DNA of 64,000 nucleotides. Origin: Octopus bimaculoides. Its lineage: Eukaryota. The notes under the pieces were generated by a model. It made no database searches and was not told where the DNA came from. It saw only the letters and a list, made by a program, of their open reading frames with translations. Positions 12,001 through 23,900 of this stretch are shown here, in pieces (position 1 is the first letter of the stretch; the number at the start of each line of letters is the position of its first letter). The translations under genes were made by a program, and so were the position numbers. The stretch spans positions 13,407,305 to 13,471,304 of the forward strand of contig NC_068988.1 in NCBI RefSeq assembly GCF_001194135.2. The letters run 5' to 3'.

Positions 12001-15000
12001 CCACTGAACCACATATAATTAATCAGCATTATGGTTTTGAATTAATTCACAAGCAAAATTAAACAGCACTATGAAATTATTAGTGTTTAAAGGGTAAATA
12101 GTTATATATCATCTGATTGTAATCACAAAAACAGCAAAATAATGATTGGTACTGAGAAGTAAAAAAACAGCAGCTAATAGTAAAGATAATGTAGAACAAA
12201 AAATGAAATGACATGAAGTATTAAATAACTTTGTTGAAAGTTTTTGCTGTTATGTCCAAATCAAAAAATCTACTGTTTTGATAAAAGGTTTAACTAATAT
12301 AAATGGGAGAGTACATTTTGATTCTGATATTAGAAACTGAAAAACAAACAAGTCAATGATCTTTTGACGGTTTTTAATTTTGTATTCCTGGGAATATGAG
12401 ACTGATATATATATATATATGTATGTATATATATATATATATATTTTTTTTTTTCTCCATGCAAATATATGTATAAATATTTGCATAATCTTAGCAAATC
12501 TTGGTATTTATTGGTCAAGCAAGTTGACTAAACTGTTTATTAAATTAAGCTTTTATTTGTGTTGTTGCTGTGGTTAGCTCCTGTCAGCCCTGATGGAGTA
12601 ATCCTATGATCAAAGATGTTCCATCCGTAACTGTCCTATCTCTTTATATATCCAGGACTACATTGTCTTGTGTGTTCATTCGTTGTTTATTACAATTTAA
12701 TTTTGTTCTTTTCATTCTGTTGCAGGCTGCTAACCTTATGTCAAATCCTCAAATGCAGTCCATGTAAGTTCTTTTCTATATATACAATTTAATTATTTAG
12801 ATTTACAACAAAACTACTTTTTTGTAACAAAAATTAAATATACCCATTTTTAGATTAATACTAACTTGCCTGCACTTCTTTCCCTCTGGTTTTTATGGTA
12901 TAAATTTGTTTTTAAGTGGAAAATAATTTAAATCCTTCCATCCTGTAAGAACCTTCTATGTTCCACATCTGTGCTTCATGATTAAAAATTCAGTTACTTT
13001 AAAAAAAATTCTTTCTAAGTTTTTATCATACAAAAAATTATGTGCAGGCATTGCTATAGTTAAGTATGGTTCATAACCATGTGGTTTTTGATTGGCTCAC
13101 ATAGTGTGGCATCTTGGGCAAGTGTCTTCTATAACATCAGATTGAAGCAACTTAGGACCTTACTAAGGACACATGCTGTCCAATCCAGGAATCAAACCCA
13201 CAGCCTTATGATCATGTGAACAACTCTTAAATGTTAAATCATGTAACTTCATGTAGTATTTTTGGCCAGAATAAAAGCCCAAGCCTTCTTGAAGTTGTAT
13301 CCTGTATAGCCCATTATTTCCAAGTTATTAATTGAATTGGTGGTGTTATGAAGTATAGTAGTGTCATTTATAAGAAGTGGAATTGTAGTGAGATTCTTTA
13401 CTTCTTGGAGGAAACAAATGTTGCCTAGTTTCTTACATGGTTTCTTAGTGAAGGAGATCCTGATACTGTGGAGAAGCAGAAACCTCTTAAATCTTTTAGT
13501 GGACAGTATTTGACATGTAAAAAAAAAAAGCAACAAAAAACATGTGGATAATTGTCATTAACAAGTGAATAGAAGTGAACAATGTAGGAAGGAAGTTATG
13601 GCACATATAAATAAAGTGCAGACTTGTGTAAAGAATGTCTATTCAATATAGTGTAGTAAGGAGAAGCAGTCATAATAAAGGGGAAAAGATAATGGGTCTG
13701 ATAATTTGATAATTGGTCAGACATGTGGAGATAGACACAAATGAAATATTTGAATTTGCAGATTTTATTCATTTGGTCAGTCCTGTCTCAAAATTATTGC
13801 TATTTCTGGCTGTAGCCACTTTGTCCTTATGTTATGGGGTACACTGTCTTAGGATTTAATGGTTCCCATTCTAAAGATGATTGGATCATTTGGTGATGTG
13901 AAATGTATTGTAACTGGTTTGTCTTTCACGTTTGATAGATCTTTATTGAATATCTTATAATAGAATATTTTTCTTATATCTAGGATGTCCAATCTTATGT
14001 CCTCAGCAGCTGGTGAAGGAAGCAATGGAGGCCTTACCTCTTTATTACAAGCGTTAGTATTTTTATTTGTATTTCCTATTTACAAAGTAGTCAACTGATA
14101 TTCACTGCATCCAACTTTGTCCCCATCTCTAATCATCTGTCAACTATTTTTACTTCGGTCCACTTAGCTTCTCACTTGCCGTTTCTATTCCTCTATCCCT
14201 ATTCTGTCTTTCATACTCACCTTGCACCTGGACCTCGCATCTCTCTTTTTCCAGATGAGAAAGTCATTAACTCACCACTTTAGCAAGACACCTACTTCTG
14301 TCTCTCTATCATACTTTCATATCCTTCAATACTATATCCTACTTAGTTGAAGGTGTCTTGTCTTACACTGGTGAGGTCACCAGGTACATTTATGTGCTAT
14401 GGAAATGAAAAGGCCCCAGTACACACTGAAGTGGCCAGCTTTAGGTAAGGTATCCAACTGTAGAAACCATGCCAAAGCAAACATTGGAGCTTGGCACAAT
14501 CCTCTGGCTTGTCAGTTTATGTTGAACTGTCCAACCCATGCCAGAATGGTGGGGGAAAAGTCATTGAATGATGATGTGCCTTGGCATACTTATTCTGGCT
14601 CTCTGCACTCTGAATTTAAATCCTGTTGAGGTCAACTTTGCCTTTTGTTCTTCCAGGGTCAATAAAGCCTTAGTCCAGGGTGTTGTATTACCAGACAACA
14701 TTACATCTAACAACTCTTATCCGTTTCAGCTCTGTGTTATGATGGTACTGGTGCCAGTTTGTATCAGCCCTTGCCATTCCCTTGGGTAATACAGGTGGCA
14801 GACTGAGAGGAGGCTTGTACGTATGGGAAAACTGCAAGTCTTCCACTGAAATAAGAAGCCTATGCTTACATCTTGCAAAGCAACTTTACAGTTGCAATTC
14901 CATGGTCTCCTGAGATATAGAGGCTCCAATAGATTTACAATAGATTGGTTAAAAAGAAAAGGAAGCCTTAAATAATCTCTTGCTTGATATATTATTTATG

Positions 15001-16824
15001 ACACTAATTTTAGCCAGCCAGACCAGTTTTGTACCTGGAAAACATGGTAGTGGGTGCTGGGATTAAAAAGACAATTAGAAAACAGAAATCAGTTACTGTA
15101 ATTGGAACAAGTACGTTAATTCATCTTTTGGGAGATAAATGAAATAAATAGCTTTAACAATCTTTGGTTAGTATTCACATTCACTGTCTATTTTAAATTT
15201 TGATTATATTACTATAATCACACTCAAACAAATGTGTTTGCATGTGTGTGTGTGTGTATAAAATGTGCCAGATATATTATAAATAGATGTTTACGGCTAT
15301 GTAATTATATTTTCTTTTTTTTTTTATTGCCTAACCAATTGTTTTTCAAGTTTATCCATCTATTTAAACTGTAGTCATTTTTCTGTGTGTGTGTGTGTAA
15401 TTGACAGGATTTCAATGTATGAGAAGTATGGATGTCAGTATTTGGAGTCCATTGACAATAAAGCTTTTGTCATGTTTTATTATCATTCCCCTGCCAATGC
15501 TTGTTAATTTCAATCACTTTGTGTGTGTGTATATACATAAATTCCAAATGACAAATTTAGAAGCAACACAGCTATGTTTAATATTCCATGTTTAAAAAAC
15601 AAAAAAAGTTTGCTATTTACTAAAATGAATGCAAAAGGTTATGTTTTACAATGTATTAAGCTATATTTAATACTTCGGTTGGGGTCCAGTGTTTCTGCTG
15701 GAGAAAGTAGTAATTTGCTGGAAGCATTTATGAACATTTAAGTCTGTTATTGATATTAATGAATGAATGACCATAGACTCTTTATGGTGTCTATAGAAAA
15801 TACCTTTTAGTGCATCATCTTTAAACTGATCTTTTTCCATTGGACTCTTTCTTTCAGAGGACAACAGCTTGCCACACAGATGCAGCAACAGAATCCAGAC
15901 TTAGTTGCACAGCTCCGCAGACAAGCTAACATTTTGAATGGAGAACAACAGACTAACTCTGGTTTGTGTTTCATTCATATAAATTCCTTTGTAAATGATT
16001 AAAAATGTGATTTAGAAAAAAGAATAAAAAATCGGAATTTATCAGATGTAATAATCAAGGGAGACAACTGCATTTGAATTAAGATTTATAACTAGTTGGA
16101 AGGGACACAAGTATTTTAATTTTACTCTTTTACTTATTTCAGTCATTTGAATATGGCTATGTTGGAGTACCGCCTTTAGTCGAGCAAATCGTCCCCAGGA
16201 CTTATTCTTTGTAAGCCTAGTACTTATTTTATCGGTCTTTTTTGCCGAACCGTTAAGTTACGGGGACGTAAACACACCAGCATCGGTTGTCAAGCGATGT
16301 TGAGGGGGACAAACATATACACACACACATATATATATATACGACGGGCTTCTTTCGGTTTCCGTCGACCAAATCCACTCACAAGGCTTTGGTCGGCCTG
16401 AGGCTATGGTAGAAGACGCTTGCCCAAGGTGCCATCCAGTGGGACTGAACCCGGAATCATGTGGTTGGTAAGCAAGCTACTTACCACACAGCCACTCCTA
16501 TTTTAATTTGATAGCATATAAACCGCCCCCTATCCCCCCCAAGAAATCTCGAACAATCGTTCTAGGTCCTGTATGCGAAGTTTGACTTCTCATAACTTTT
16601 AATGCACTAAAAAAAGGTCTTTCCCAGATATTTGTTGCTGAAATTGGGGTGCTTGTAATATGCTTGTCTTTTATGCCATCAAGTATTGCTGTGTGGAAAC
16701 TTTCTAGTTTTTAAATATGACTTTAAATTTAGACTTATTGATATGAAAGTATTAACAAAGATTGAATTGATCTGGATATTTTTTTTTTCCTTTTATTGCA
16801 GAAGAAACTGATAACAAAGAGTGA
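2989..16824 (+). CDS. SGTA/SGTB: Small glutamine-rich TPR-containing co-chaperone (SGT); spliced gene, 5'-truncated, 9 exons in window
   Basis: Joined exons total 741 nt = 246 aa + stop with consistent phases. The protein has 3 TPRs ([49 protein letters not shown]...SKAYGRMG...[18 protein letters not shown]), an NP-repeat region ([16 protein letters not shown]) and a Q-rich end ([20 protein letters not shown]). The N-terminal dimerisation domain was not found in the window. A vs B orthology cannot be resolved. Confidence 0.96.
3522..3621 (+). CDS. SGTA/SGTB: SGT exon, TPR1 ([34 protein letters not shown])
   Basis: tttacag acceptor, gtaact donor, 100 nt, phase 1 to 2. Confidence 0.96.
4579..5850 (-). 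mobile_element. 5'-truncated RTE-clade LINE (RT core, Cys/His finger, gap, 3' end with (GAT)n tail)
   Basis: ORF 5556..5879 carries [14 protein letters not shown] and LYADDLAL. 5432-5555 reads ...[28 protein letters not shown]. 4579-4883 is the 3' end with a (CAT)n tail on +. Linking across the N-gap is inferred. Confidence 0.88.
7126..7455 (-). mobile_element. SINE (same family as 16121)
   Basis: tacttgtttcagtcatttgactgcggccatgctggagc ... agaagacacttgcccaagg ... cttaccacacag. Confidence 0.8.
8077..8181 (+). CDS. SGTA/SGTB: SGT exon, TPR2 ([36 protein letters not shown])
   Basis: ttccag acceptor, gtgagt donor, 105 nt, phase 2 to 2. Confidence 0.96.
8627..8765 (+). CDS. SGTA/SGTB: SGT exon, TPR3 ([47 protein letters not shown])
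   Basis: ttttttag acceptor, gtgagt donor, 139 nt, phase 2 to 0. Confidence 0.96.
8808..8996. mobile_element. TTAA-flanked (piggyBac-like) MITE
   Basis: TTAA|CCCT...AGGG|TTAA; internally similar to 28046-28254. Confidence 0.75.
9578..10567. mobile_element. Non-autonomous foldback/MITE-like element with ~176-bp TIRs
   Basis: 9578-9753 is the reverse complement of 10391-10567 (about 7 substitutions + 1 indel). Termini CAG...CTG, ttttt on both flanks, 44-bp subrepeat in each arm. Confidence 0.75.
10640..10720 (+). CDS. SGTA/SGTB: SGT exon ([27 protein letters not shown])
   Basis: tctcatttcag acceptor, gtcagt donor, 81 nt, phase 0 to 0. Confidence 0.94.
11319..11700 (+). mobile_element. tRNA-head SINE with RTE-like 3' tail
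   Basis: Head gtgtggtaaagaagtttgc...gggttcagtc; tail ggcatctggctgtagaaattctgc resembles the RTE 3' end. Confidence 0.7.
12726..12763 (+). CDS. SGTA/SGTB: SGT exon ([13 protein letters not shown])
   Basis: gtttgcag acceptor, gtaagt donor, 38 nt, phase 0 to 2. Confidence 0.93.
13984..14052 (+). CDS. SGTA/SGTB: SGT exon ([24 protein letters not shown])
   Basis: atatctag acceptor, gttagt donor, 69 nt, phase 2 to 2. Confidence 0.92.
15858..15961 (+). CDS. SGTA/SGTB: SGT exon, Q-rich ([36 protein letters not shown])
   Basis: ctttcag acceptor, gtttgt donor, 104 nt, phase 2 to 1. Confidence 0.92.
16121..16499 (-). mobile_element. Full-length tRNA-head SINE (conserved central domains, internal (CA)/(TA) repeat, AGTAAAAG tail)
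   Basis: Minus strand begins aggagtggctgtgtggtaagtagcttgc...gggttcagtccc (A/B-box-like), then ccttgggcaag (CORE-like) and acgtccccgtaacttaacggttcggcaaaa (resembles the Nin domain); many homologous copies in the window. Confidence 0.88.
16802..16824 (+). CDS. SGT terminal coding exon (EETDNKE*)
   Basis: Long T tract plus ttattgcag acceptor; phase 1 matches the previous exon; TGA at 16822-16824. Too short to confirm by homology. Confidence 0.75.
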
Positions 16825-16981
16825 CATTCCAAGTGTAAAGAACACTGATGCTATGATGGTGTGTTGTCCATGTAAGACTGGATGTGCACTGTTCAAATTG
16901 GCTACTACAAACCAAGCAGAAAGCCTATATATATGTATTTATATATATATATATAGCATTATAATAGAGGGACTTATAACG

Positions 16982-17019
16982 AATAAATCTTTATATAAAT
17001 AGGACTTATAATGAATAAA
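16982..17019 (+). terminator. Candidate proximal SGT poly(A) signals (two AATAAA within a 32-bp tandem duplication)
   Basis: AATAAA at 16982-16987 and 17014-17019. Confidence 0.35.
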
Positions 17020-17798
17020 TCTTTATAAAGAAGTAATGGCCAAATCTGTACAGAATTTTGTAGCAAATATTTCCTGTATTTCCATAGGAATGTTGTTATT
17101 CTATGCAATATCTCTATTGGTTGTACCTACAATGTACCATTGTCGTAATATCAACAGTATGACTGATCATATGCTAGACATTCATCAATCAAAAGAATTA
17201 TAACTAACAAGCAAAAACTAGCTGGTGTGGAAGTGCAATGTGTTTTCTTTTTTCCTCTACAGTAATTTGGCTGTGACCAAGCTGCAATTTGTAAGAAATT
17301 TTAGCTGGCCCCTTTAATTTTTTTTTCGTTATTCTAGCCATTTGCTGTAAGTCCTTTCAATATCCTTCCCATCTACTTTTGATGTTTCATGTCAGTCATT
17401 GCACAAATTCACATTAGCATATGAACTTTTCCTCATCAAAACAGGATCCATCTGCTTTTTTTAGATAACATTGCTGCCTCCATCCACTTCATGATGTGAT
17501 AAACTTTATATTTTATTCTTCCTAGACCTATTCTCTGTAGACATATCAGCCAAAGAACGGTTTTTGTCACCATCATGAATGTGGCTGTTTGTAGACCTGC
17601 TCTCTGTAGATGTACCAGCCTGAGAAAGGTCTTAGCTAATCTTTCATCAGTTTTGAAAAGTATTTTGTTTATATTTACTGCCCTCTCCCTTCACTACTCA
17701 CACATACACACATAAATCCAAGCATTTTTAGTGAATTTAAAAAAAAAAAAAAAAACCCCACAAAACTGAAGTTCTTGGCATTTCTTTGTTGAAATTTC

Positions 17799-17812
17799 TT
17801 TATTATAATAAA
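17799..17812. terminator. Candidate bidirectional poly(A) signal, palindrome TTTATTATAATAAA
   Basis: AATAAA on + (17807-17812) and on - (17804-17799) between the convergent genes. Further - strand AATAAA at 17850-17845 and 17871-17866; + strand ATTAAA at 17835-17840. Confidence 0.5.
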
Positions 17813-17907
17813 TAACACAGATGTAATGAATCTAATTAAATTGTTTTATTTCAATAGTGCTACAATTTATTGGAGCAGAAATATTTAAATAATTTTCATT
17901 ATGACCG

Positions 17908-17994
17908 TCATTCACAAACAAACACTTGAGCAATTTCATCATGTTCATATGTGCGCTTGAGGAAATTGTCAGTCAGTCGAAGGCCAGAAATTGT
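17908..17994 (-). CDS. TRAPPC13: TRAPPC13 terminal exon ([28 protein letters not shown])
   Basis: ttttgcttttag acceptor, 87 nt, TGA at 17910-17908. Confidence 0.96.
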   Translation of the reverse strand, partial: TISGLRLTDNFLKRTYEHDEIAQVFVCE

Positions 17995-20900
17995 CTAAAA
18001 GCAAAATGAAGAAAACATCATTATTAGAGAAGTAATTGTATGTCAGCATATACTAATTACAATAATTGGAATATTAACACACCTGTAGACCAGGAGATGT
18101 CGCTATGACAGTAAGCGGAAGGTCTAAGCTGTTGTTTTGTGGTAATTTTCCTAGCTGTTTACCAGACACTCCACACCAAAGAACTCCAGGTGAGTTATGG
18201 TTTTGTAAAATTAGAGCAAGATCCACTGTGCGTTCACTGAAACAAAGATAAGATTGTGTAAAATAGCTGTGTGAAGTGGGTTAGAAAGTTTGCTTTTTAT
18301 TTATCTCTAGTAATTGAGGAAAAAAAAATTAGTGTAAGGGTAATTACACAAGAATTTTATACAAAATATTGACCGAAGGTACATAACTCTGCCTAACCCA
18401 TTTTGCATGATTTAGCGCCGAGTTTTATTACAACTTCATGGCTGATGTACTAGTTAAAGAAACAAGTTTAAAACTACCCAGAAGAGTAGTATGAAAAGTA
18501 AATGTGGCTTTAATTAGACTGGGTAGGTGAACTTACCAGCAATTTGTTATTCGGAATGTTATAGTAAAAGTAGTTTCGATTGATACAGTATCCGGAATGG
18601 ATTCCACAGTTAAACGGATATCTCCATAACCAGGAGCCTGAAATGAATTCGTACAAATCTCAGTTATAACAGACAAAGTAAAATCTTTATAGTTAAGTCT
18701 ATCATTCACATTAATAATTATCTGACAAAATATTTTTTATTTAATCTTGTTGCTTTATATTTGATTTTTAATACCTACCTTGATTCAATTATCAACTTCC
18801 AAATAGGTCAGAAATCAAACATGATGTGACCTTGTATTAATATTAAATTATTGCAAATACAATTCAAGTAAAAATAAAATTAAACCTTTTGATACCAACC
18901 TAATCTGAAACCTTCCATTAAAATTATATACTAAATGCAAGCATTGCTAAAGGCAGTGTATTTCAACAAATATGGTGGAGTTAATGGAAAAGCAGCTGTA
19001 AGGTTCCCTATTAACTTGAGGCTCTAAGTAGGAATGAAATATGAGAACAATGCTACTGTTAGTGTGTTTTTACGTTTGTGTGACAAGATCCTGAATTTTA
19101 TAGACTGCAGTCAAGGAAGCTAATAACATTCTCTGTCTAAAACAGCATTTTACACTGGTCTTTGAAAGTGCAGAGCAATTATCGTAAATGTAAACATCAT
19201 ATCACTGTTTCACTTGGTGAGAAGCAAAACATGGAATGTCAACAGTAATGTGCATATGTACACACACGCACATATATACATACAATAGGCTTCCATGCAG
19301 TTTCCATCTAATTCCACTTGAAGCATTGGTTGATGATGATACTGTATAGCAGGACTGGACCCTAAACCATGTGGTTGCAAAGCAAACGTCCTAACCATCA
19401 TCCTCCCTGCTTGCTTTTTCTTATTTACAGTAAAGATACTTTATAAATTACTGAAGCTATATTTCGTAACAACAGTAGAACACAGACTTCAAAGCAATTT
19501 TATAACTTCGTCTAAAACACTGAACTGTGAGGGACAAGAATCTTAGAATAGTTTTATCATTTGAAACATGTTGCAATTTACCTCCATCAAATCCTAAAGC
19601 AATGACCTGATATATTCTACAAATAAAGATTCAACATACCACTCTTTGCAGCTGACTGGTCTGTAGTCGGCCTCTCTCACCCATATTTGTGCGCCAGGTG
19701 ATGTCCAGTTTGCCAATGTTAGTTACACCCTTTAAAACCTTACTTTCAAGATAGGCTTCTGGTTTCGGAGTTAAGCAGTACAAATATTGTCTAGTATCAA
19801 GGGAATTGAGGTAGTTGACTTTACCAAACACTGGATAAACCCTGAGAAATAAAAAGATACAAAAACAAGTTTAATAAGAGATTCAGTGGTTTTCGAAGCA
19901 TGGAGTATTATTATTATTAATGTCAATTCCCCATAGCTGGAAAATGACATTTACGAGGGGTGTATGAGAAGTCTTGAGCCTCAAAAAAACAAAACATGTT
20001 ACAAGACTTCTGAAGAAGGTACAAGACTTCAAGGCTCAAAACTTTTCATACAGCCCTCGTATTGTTCAGGGTGGTTGATAGATACTGATCAAAGTGTCAA
20101 TCAAATACTTTATATTTCAATCTACATCTCTTGAAAATATACTGACTTAATAAATGTTACTTGAAACATGAGAATTTTCTGTCTACCAATTCCATTCAGG
20201 GCAGGGCTATAGCAGAAGCTCAAGATACTGCTTGGGAAGAGACCTGCCTACACCTACATATCTTTTATTAGTTTCAGTCATTAGACTGTGGCCATGAAGA
20301 ATTTTTAGTCGAACGAATTGACACCAAAACTTTTTTTTCTTATAAAGCCTAGTACTTATGCTATTGGTCTCTTGCTGAACTACTAAGTTGCAGAGACATA
20401 AACACATCGACACCGGTTGTGAAATGGTGATGGGGGGGAAAAAATCACACACAATGGGCTTCTTCCAGTCACAAGGCTATGGTTGGCCTGGGGCAAGTAG
20501 AAGCTGCTTGCCAAAGGTGCTATGCAGTGGGACTAAACTCCGAACCATGTGGCTGGGAAGCAAACTTCTTACCACTCAGTCATGCCTCTGCCTATGTTGG
20601 GTTATCAAATAAACTTGATTTGTTTCTTTCCGATTTGACGCTCCATCATCATTATATGTCTGAAGAGGTACAATTTATGCAAATTTCAAAAATGATAAAA
20701 TTTGTAGATAGAAATATTTTTGGTGTTAATTCAAATAACATTGGAAAACATTAAAATAAAAAAAAACAAAGAAAAAAAACGAACAAGTTTATCTGACAAG
20801 TCAAATATAATAACTGAATGAAAGAATTAATCTCATGGATTAAAGCAGTGCTGGCAAGGTAGTTAGAGACAGGATAATTAGAAAAGCTACATATCTGTTA

Positions 20901-23900
20901 GAGTGGTAGAATGACTACAGATTATATGTTAGTAGAAGCTAGCAGCTCTTAACTAGGATTATCAACTTCAGAGTCTTGATGACAATAACTGTGCAATCAC
21001 CAAGTAGGAATTAACAAAGCCATACAATGAAAGAAACTGCATGATAAACAGCAGTTAAGTTAGTGTTAACACATTTGCCACTGGGAGCATTATAAAAAAT
21101 AATTATGAGATGACAAAAATTACTCAAGAGATAAATTTGCTTTAATTTGGCAAGTATGGGAGAATGCATATTTCAGTATTATCCTGGCCTCATCAGCAAA
21201 GAATAAGCTTCCATATTCCATATTTTGTACATTATTTACTTAAATATTATTGCTTTACTACTTCAGTAAGAATGGTAAAGTTCATGCTTTAATAATCAGG
21301 TCACAATAATTCCAAAATATGTCCAGAGTTGTCCCTCATTTGTTATTTAAAGCATTATTACTTTTGGTGTCAGTACACAATTATTTCAAATTAGTTATTT
21401 AAAAATGCTCCCAGCATTAAACATGTTAATACTAACTTAACCTAATAATAAAGATCTTGACTATCAAATGGTATTTAGAGAATCTCAACAGCCATTTTGT
21501 TATGGTACAAAACCAAAGTGGGGAAAAAAATGAATTTAGGAGAGTGTTCATCATTACGAAGCTGTTTTTGGAATATAAATTAGCATGAATTTTTAATGTA
21601 AGGTTTTAATTTAGATCTTAAAATAGTAAGGCAGCCTCAGGTATGTTGGTATTAAATGAGTTTAAAGGGGACACAACTACCAGGTCTTCATCAACAGCAC
21701 CAAGAAGCAGCCATCCACTAAATTCTAATCACAAGATATTGCTCAAACTGAAGTTTTGACAGAAGACATTTGTCCGAAGTTCAATATAGTGAGATCGAAC
21801 CCAGAACCTTTTGATAGTGAAGTAAACTTTGTAAACCACATAGCCACACCTGCTTCCATTATCTATCTATATAACAAAGCCAAAACCTGCATCTTCAATG
21901 CCAGAAATTACTTCATATCTGAGCAGCTGCTGACTCTATAGAATGCACAAGTGCAGCCAACGCTAGAGTGCTGTCTCATGCCTGGGAAGGAACAGCTGCT
22001 ACATGCATAAACATTGTAGATAACACAAAAAGGAAAAAAATGCCACCCAACTGAATGACAGGCATTCATTCGCATATTACAACCACTTGCACACCAAAGC
22101 ACTCAAAACACCCCCCACTGTCTCTTCTTCATCTATCATTACTACAATGGTTTCTCCAATTTTCTGAACTAGCTGGCTGTGTGCATCAGCACCACTGAAG
22201 CTCACTCTGTTTTTCAACCATTTCTTCTTTTTGTCATTTGTAACTGTGTCTCTCCACAAAACCTTGCACACATTTTCTAATGGGCATCAGTCTAACTTCA
22301 ACCATACCAGTGTGACATGGCATAGAAAAGTTATGACTACTCTCTTTACTTCTATGAACAAAAATGCAATATACCAAAACCCACATTCACATATACTATA
22401 TATATATACACATGATGGGGTGTCTAAAATTTCCTGGCTTTGAGTAAAAGAAAATACAAGAGGATCAGTTAATTATGATTTTATTCAACATATTCCTCTT
22501 TCAGATTCACACACATATTGCAGCAATCCTTCAGTTTTCTAAGCCCTGTAAAAAAAACTAGGATGGTTGGGCCTCCAACAAGGTTTTTTTGTGATACCTT
22601 TAAAGCCAAGAACTTTTCAGTACCTCCTCGTATATATATATCTCACAGCAGCAGCAGTGTTTTAATGTCCTCTTTTCTATGCTTGCATGAGTTGGATAGT
22701 AGTTTCTGAAATGGATTTTCTTTGGTTGGATGCTCTTCCTGTGACCAACTCTCACCTGTTTCCAAGTAAGGTTATATTTCCCATGACCAGACATGATTTG
22801 ATGGAAGATTGAAAATGAATATTCCCCCAATTGCATGAGAGTGACACCTATTTACAACATCGCATAATGTCAAGGCAAGGAGACAGTAGTGTGCGTGAGC
22901 ACACACACACACATATATATTCACATACATATATACATATATATATATACTACAGGCTTCTTTCAGTTTCCATCCACTAAATCTACTCACAAGGCTTTGA
23001 TTGACTTGAGGTTATAGTAGAAGACATTTGCCCAAGATGCCACACATTGGGTCTAAAGCCATAACTATGTGGTTGGGAAGCAAACGTCTTAACACAGCCA
23101 TAGATAGACAGACAGATAGACAAATAGTAGTGGGGGTGGGTGCGCTGAAAGTGTAGCTGCTAGAATAAGAATAGCCTGGGCAAAGTTTAGAGAGCTCTTA
23201 CCCCTGCTGGCGACAAAGGGACTCTCACTCAGAGTAAAAGGCAGACTGTATGACGCATGCGTACGAACAGCCATGCTACANNNNNNNNNNNNNNNNNNNN
23301 NNNNNNNNNNNNNNNNNNNNNNNNNNNNNNNNNNNNNNNNNNNNNNNNNNNNNNNNNNNNNNNNNNNNNNNNNNNNNNNNNNNNNNNNNNNNNNNNNNNN
23401 NNNNNNNNNNNNNNNNNNNNNNNNNNNNNNNNNNNNNNNNNNNNNNNNNNNNNNNNNNNNNNNNNNNNNNNNNNNNNNNNNNNNNNNNNNNNNNNNNNNN
23501 NNNNNNNNNNNNNNNNNNNNNNNNNNNNNNNNNNNNNNNNNNNNNNNNNNNNNNNNNNNNNNNNNNNNNNNNNNNNNNNNNNNNNNNNNNNNNNNNNNNN
23601 NNNNNNNNNNNNNNNNNNNNNNNNNNNNNNNNNNNNNNNNNNNNNNNNNNNNNNNNNNNNNNNNNNNNNNNNNNNNNNNNNNNNNNNNNNNNNNNNNNNN
23701 NNNNNNNNNNNNNNNNNNNNNNNNNNNNNNNNNNNNNNNNNNNNNNNNNNNNNNNNNNNNNNNNNNNNNNNNNNNNNNNNNNNNNNNNNNNNNNNNNNNN
23801 NNNNNNNNNNNNNNNNNNNNNNNNNNNNNNNNNNNNNNNNNNNNNNNNNNNNNNNNNNNNNNNNNNNNNNNNNNNNNNNNNNNNNNNNNNNNNNNNNNNN

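Noticed and set aside
15962-16002. Read-through of the penultimate SGT exon to a TAA ([13 protein letters not shown])
   Set aside because: A good downstream acceptor in matching phase exists; nothing supports intron retention
16440-16499. tRNA-like A/B boxes as a tRNA gene
   Set aside because: SINE head; continues into SINE body and lacks a full cloverleaf
17523-17633. Degenerate 69-bp-period duplication in the intergenic/UTR region
   Set aside because: Two poorly matching copies with no evident signal
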